Assembly (NCBI GenBank): GCA_964016885.1
Contig: OZ024743.1
Coordinates: 113,398,001 to 113,462,000 of the forward strand
Origin: Eledone cirrhosa
Lineage: Eukaryota
Direction of reading: 5' to 3'
Length of the DNA: 64,000 nt
Part shown: in pieces, positions 58,183 to 64,000 of the stretch
Numbering within the stretch: the stretch's first letter is position 1
How the letters are laid out: every line of letters begins with the position of its first letter
Translations under genes and position numbers: made by a program
Notes under the pieces: model-generated
Databases searched by the model: none
What the model saw: only the letters and a program-made list of their open reading frames with translations
Told to the model about the DNA's origin: nothing

Positions 58183-60090
58183 TTGTGTGCATATGCATAT
58201 CCATATATATGTAATATACATACATGTTTCTCGTCAATTAGCATCCATCATTCATGGGTAGGATGGATTGACCATTAGGGAAAAAAACAGGTCAGAGGAC
58301 CATGTTTAGCTCACTTGGGGCAGATTTTGGCTTGATTTCTACAGATGGGTGCCTTTCTTACCACCAACCACATTTACAGTGTATGCTGGGTGCTTTTTGT
58401 CGTGTCACCGACACGACCACTGGGCACTTTTTGATGAGAAGGACTAGACACCTTTGACACGTCACCGACACGGTCACTTTACAGTGGAACCTGGTCACTT
58501 TTGTCTTGGTTTCTGATTTGGGCACAAGACTTTGGAGGACGGGTAAGTTGATTAAATCAATCCCAGTGCATTACTGGTACTTTTTTATCGACTCTAATGA
58601 TGAAAGGCAAAGCTAACCTCGGCAGAATTTGAACCCAGATGGTAAAGGGCTGTAACTCTATGCCATAAATCATGTTGTCTGATGCTCCACCGATACTTCC
58701 AATCTACCACCCTGGTATGTAACTTAATATTGCTATGTATTCCTATTTGCTTTAATGGTAACTGTCAGTTACCATTGTCGTGATAATTTGAATCGACAAT
58801 TGTTAGTTCCAAAAAAGGTATTTACAGTCCAATATATGAAAAAAATAAGTATTTGATAAATGAGATGTAAGATGGTTGAAAAATGATCAAACATTTATTG
58901 ATTTATTCACCTCTATGTAAATAGAAAACACCACTGCCAGTCTGATATATGTAATGTACACTCAAATAAAGCAGCTTTCTATAATTGATTGAAATATTGT
59001 CTCCATGCCATTCTTGTTTATTCAGGATCAGCCCTAATCAGGTACATCTCTCATCAAAGGCAGTCCAGCTGTGACCACCTCTTATTTTTTGCTAAGCTAT
59101 GTGTATCTAGGTATACATTATCCAATGTGAATTAACCAGAAGCGTAACTATGGTATGGCAATCATGGCATGTGCCATTGTGCTACATGAAGGCTTGGACT
59201 AGGAGCACATTCTATTTAAAGTCAAATAAGCCTTGTCGGGGAGTGAAAAAAAGAAACTCCTTCAGATGTATGATTTGAACTCAGAACATAAAGGGCCATA
59301 AATCTATGCTGCAAAGAATAATGTCTGACGCTCTACCGATACTGCCAATCTGCTGCCCTACAAATTATAATGTGGCACTCATAGTGCTGTTTTTGTACTT
59401 TTCAAGAATTTCATTATAAAGCAATTTGATATGGTACAGGATATTAAGAGTTAAAGCACCCAAGAACATTGCGAGAAATAGCTATCATATTTTCTTGGAA
59501 TGTTACCTGTAATAGATTGGTATTGTGTGAAGAATGATACACTTATCCATTTAATAGAACTGAATTTGAAGTTAAGTGCTACAATACAAGATGTATGAAC
59601 ATCTGTGGCTCTATGAGAACACCATATGTTTGTGTGTACCTGTATATATGTCTATCTGTGGATTACCTTACTTAAAAGTGTTGGAAATGTGGCCAAATGA
59701 TTATTAAGTTCCCTTTGCAATCATAAGGTGTTTCGTGTGGAAATCAACTTGTTATATTCAGATTTACTACTACCAATAATTGGCTGGTGATTTAGTTTAA
59801 TACAACAGGTTCATTATGATACATACACTCTCATACACACACACACACACACACTCAATGCATGACACATTCTCATACACACTCATACACATAGGCACAT
59901 AGGCACAGGCACACACACACACACACACACACACATCTGAAGAGTCAGGTGTTATCTAAACAAGATTAACAATTATATTTTGAACTTAGTACTACATCTA
60001 ATCAATATATATTACCAAATTCTGCCTCAGAGGTGATGGAGAGATAGGCCTACAGCCAACACATAAAATAGGAATGTACCAATAAAACCG

Positions 60091-60118
<28 letters not shown>

Positions 60119-60128
<10 letters not shown>

Positions 60129-60257
60129 GAGATGGGGTCCAACATCAAGAGCTCAACCACCAGACCCCGACTCTCTAATATATTTTACATTCTACTATCC
60201 CAACTATTGAGTACCCTGCATTGAATAACCAACTTACTAGTTTAAAACTGGTAAAAT

Positions 60258-60272
<15 letters not shown>
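60119..60272 (+). mobile_element. (TA)n-embedded palindrome plus UU-bulge hairpin insert
   Basis: atattagagag..ggggtc / gacccc..ctctctaatat; ATTC-TAC...CTA-TT-GAGTAC at 60189-60214. Confidence 0.6.
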
Positions 60273-60291
<19 letters not shown>

Positions 60292-60316
60292 ATAATAATA
60301 AATTTGAAGACTAAAA

Positions 60317-60973
60317 TATATATACATACATGCACACATATATATATACGTATGGATTCACCGAACATTTATTATAATGCTCGGTGTGTTTGTAAACAAA
60401 CATCCCGTATTAAGCCGTAGTGTCCAGCAACCATCGTTGCTCATTTGTTCAACACTGACAAAGGAACGCTGTACTAGTTTCAAGCTTATTAGCTATCGTC
60501 AGCAACGTATACCTTCCTGCCAGATTATTGAACGTATATACTTACCTTATGCATATTAACGGCTGAGTAGCCCAATTTGCATATCGAGTGGGTTAATCAG
60601 CCGGGTGCACCGAAAACGATAAACGGAAAAAATGAGACATAATTTCATTTCCCACTCTTAGTATGGCTGTTACTTAAATATAAGTATGTACACGTACATA
60701 CATATATGTATACAGACGTACAGTAGTATGTATATATATATATACATACATGCACACATATATATATGTATGTATGGATTCACCGAACATTTATTATAAT
60801 GTTCAGTGTGTTTGTAAACAAACATCCCGTATTAAGCCGTAGTGTCCAGCAACCATCGTTGCTCGTTTGTTCAACACTGACAAAGGAACGCTGTACTAGT
60901 TTCAAGCTTATTAGCTATCGTCAGCAATGTATACCTTCCTGCCAGATTGTTGAACGTATATACTTACCTTATG
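60317..60973 (-). mobile_element. Retrozyme-like / pLTR tandem repeat (422-bp period, about 1.55 units) with two minimal hammerheads
   Basis: ~235-bp direct repeats; HHRs at 60466-60508 and 60888-60930: acgttg-CTGACGA-t-agc-taataa-gct-t-GAAA-ctag-TA-cagcgt. Confidence 0.8.
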
Positions 60974-61087
60974 ATGATGATATAAGAGTGTTATGTTTGA
61001 AGGCTACAAAATTGTAAATGTTAAAAATGTGAGGATGTTGGGATGTTACTTTACAGTTCTTTATAAGACATGTGCCTACAGACATAT

Positions 61088-61335
61088 GAGGTGTACCATA
61101 TCCAATACAGCAAATGCAATAAATTTTGTATTGGCACCACTAGAAGACCTATACACATTTTTATCAAAGAATATCTCAACTCATATGCACCCTCCTTCAA
61201 GAAACACATGGATAAGTAAAAGAACATAAATAAAGATATAACAGTTACTATGGAAGCCAGGGATAGGGATATTGGCAACCTCAGAATAAAAGAATCTACA
61301 TTAATAGCCAAACTGAAACCCTAAATCAACAATGG
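61088..61335 (+). pseudogene. Penelope-like GIY-YIG endonuclease remnant
   Basis: EVYHIQYSKCNKFCIGTTRRPIHIFIKEYL...FKKHMDK*...NLRIKESTLIAKLKP*IN matches the VY-C-C-YIG-T-R ... E-LI-P-IN pattern; not captured in this frame by the ORF track. Confidence 0.82.
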
Positions 61336-61557
61336 ACTAGTGTTATGACTAGTGTCATTAAGATGCTTAATTTCTATCAATTAGTCAATATATCTATATT
61401 ATAATGGCCAATCAACCTTCTGAAATGGTCACAAATCAATGAACTAATTAAGCATTGAACCTCACTTTTTTGTTTTCATTGTTCAACCCATATATATATA
61501 TATATATATACACACACATACATTGAGAAATAAGCCAAACACTGCTAACTATATATT

Positions 61558-61614
61558 TAATTTACATGCGTTTCATCCTTAACATTAAGATAATATTAGG
61601 ACTTATCAGAATTA
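61558..61614 (-). ncRNA. Minimal hammerhead fold with G8A core substitution (likely inactive)
   Basis: taatt-CTGATAA-gtcct...aggat-GAAA-c-gcat-g-TA-aatta. Confidence 0.65.
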
Positions 61615-61636
61615 CATAAGATATAGAAGGGTAGAT

Positions 61637-64000
61637 AGGGCCCCTGAGTCAAGTAAGACGACCTCTCTAGTTCTGGTGGCACGAATAAAAGCACCCAGTC
61701 CATGCTGTAAAATGGAAGGGTGGTTAGGGCCCATGAGTCCAGTAAGACGATCTCTCTAGTGCTGGTGGCACGAATAAAAGCACCTAGTCCATGCTGTAAA
61801 ATGGAGGGGTGGTTAGGGCCCCTGAGTCCAGTAAGACAACCTCTCTAGTGCTGGTGGCACGAATAAAAGAACCCAGTCCATGCTGTAAAGTGGTGCTGGT
61901 GTTAGGAAGGGCATCCGACCAGTATAATAAAAGCCAAAATTATGAGCACAACAAATAAGAATTGCAATTGCATCAACAGCAATAACACTAACCATGTTAG
62001 GGCTGCGCACGGTAGTGGGGTGGCTGGTGTGGCCATGTGCGAGAACCCCCCAACCGTCATCAAGCAATCGCACAAAAACAACTGCGTAAACAGTAATAAC
62101 ACTAACCATGTTATGGCTGTGCACGGTAGTGGGGTGACTAGTGTGGCCATGTGTGAGAACCCCATGACCGTCATCAAGCAATCGCACAACAGGAATAAGA
62201 CGGGACGTCGCATCTCAGAGTTGCCACACTTAATGTTGGCACTCTAACAGGTAGATCTGGGGAGATAGCGGAGATGCTGGAGAGAAGGCATGTGGATGTG
62301 TGTTGTGTGCAAGAGGTGAGATGGAGAGGTGCCTCCGCAAGACTAATCGCAGGCAAACACCGTAGTTATAAGCTTTTCTGGGTGGGTAATGATGATGGTT
62401 AGGTGGGGTGGGCATATTACTGGCTGAAAGGTGGATCAATAAGACAATAGAGGTAGTTAGAGTCAGTAATAGAATAATTAAGCTTAGGTTAGTTGTAGGC
62501 AAGAGACTACTGACAATCCTCTCTGCCTATGCTCCCCAGGCAGGCCTAGGTAAAGAGAGAAAGACGGCTTTTATGAGCAACTTTTACAGACAGTCTCAAT
62601 GACAGAGGACAGAGACATCGTTACGCTAGCAGGGGACTTCAATGGACATGTTGGACAGCTCCAGGATGGATACACTGGAGTACATGTTGGGCACGGTTAC
62701 GGCTCAAGAAATGAAGAAGGAGTGAGGCTTCTTGAATTTTGTGATGCAAATGCACTAACCATTTGCAACACTAACTTCCAGAAGCCTAACAACCACTTAA
62801 TAACCTACAAATCAGGCGAGCACATCAGCCAGATTGAATTCCTGCTAGTTAGACAGTGAGACAGATGGATGGTGTCAAATACTAAGGCTTACCCTGGGGA
62901 AGAATGTACCCCACAGCATAGGTTAGTCGTTAGTGACATCTCAGTAAGCAAGAGATGGAATGAGACATACAGGAAGGTGTGGAAAAGAAAAGTCTGGAAG
63001 CTAAAAGACCTTTCATTAAAATATAAATTTAGCAAAGCCCTTCAAGATGCGTACAACGAAAAAGAAAACGATTTAGAGTTGTATGGCATAGATGAGAACT
63101 GGAATTTCTTGCGTGACAACTTACTGCAGGCTACTGAAGAAACTTGTGGTTGGGGCAGAGCTTCCACCAGACAGAGAGTGACCTGGTGGTGGAACAGCAC
63201 GGTAGATAGGGCCATTAAAGACAAAAGACTGGCATGGAAAGCTTGGAAAAATGGTGGGAGTAGAGACGGATACACAGCTGCTAAGAGAGAAGCTAAACGT
63301 CAGGTGTACTTAGCACGCAGGGAGGCCGAGAGTAGGAGGTTTGCCAATGTTCTGTGACGGGAAGATCAGAGACGTGCAGTATTCCACATTGCAAGGCAGT
63401 GTGTCAATGCAAATCAGGTTATTGTTGGAGATAAATGTGTCCGGAATGATGCCGGTGTACTTAGTGTCACGAATGATCAAAAGAAGGAGGCCTGGAAATG
63501 TCATTATGAGAGACTGATGAATGTAGAGAACGAATGGGACAGAGAGGAATTATTCCCAGTAGACCTGACAGAGGGACCAGCTATTGAGATTGACGAAGTT
63601 ATATATAGTGTTATATCAAGTTATATATAGTGGTGTCATACCCAAAGACTGGTACAACAGTATTCTCATAAATTGTTACAAAGGTAAAGGGGATGCTCTA
63701 GAGAGGAGCAATTATGCTGATGGATCAGGTTATGAAAGTGGCAGAGAGAATATTAGCACAACTGATTAGAGAAAGGGTCAATTTAGATGAGATGCAGTTT
63801 GGTTTTGTGCCTCGGAAAAGTACAACAGATGCCCTCTTCATAGTGAGGCAACTACAAGAGAGGTTCTTAGATAAGAATAAGCTACTATACTTAGCTTTTG
63901 TTAACCTAGAGAAGGCCTTTGATAGGGTACCCCGATCTGTCATCTGGTGGTCCCTAAGGAAACTAGGGATAGAGGAATGGCTTGTGAGGACAGTGCAAGC
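61637..64000 (+). mobile_element. RTE LINE 5' portion: repeated 5' region, APE endonuclease and start of RT (runs off window)
   Basis: LRVATLNVGTLTGRSGEIAEMLERRHVDVCCVQEVRW from ~62215; SAYAPQ, GDFNGHVG, PQHRLV, QFGFVP, LEKAFDRVP; 89-bp x3 and 114-bp x2 upstream repeats; stops and frameshifts. Confidence 0.92.

Overview
AT-rich, repeat-saturated animal DNA, probably intronic or intergenic. The tRNA-SINE, RTE and microsatellite repertoire resembles a cephalopod (Octopus-like) genome; that is an inference from repeat style. No intact host protein-coding gene is supported, and nearly all long ORFs in the track are simple-repeat artefacts. The window holds decayed RTE LINEs (one with its 5' end at ~61.6-64 kb), R4/Dong-like RLE LINEs, dozens of SINEs, an internally deleted hAT transposon, piggyBac/mariner/hAT MITEs, and a ~15-kb 42-bp minisatellite with higher-order duplications. 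The main signal is a dispersed set of small inserts in or beside (TA)n tracts that carry type I hammerhead ribozyme (HHR) folds. There are seven complete or near-complete folds (27.5k, 32.0k, 32.3k, 56.1k, 60.5k, 60.9k, 61.6k) plus fold-back palindromes centred inside hammerhead sequence. These inserts share a covarying ACUC-NNN-loop-N'N'N'-UU-GAGU hairpin. A 422-bp tandem unit with two minimal HHRs looks retrozyme-like, and a Penelope-type GIY-YIG endonuclease remnant lies next to it. All RNA folds were read by eye and none is tested.
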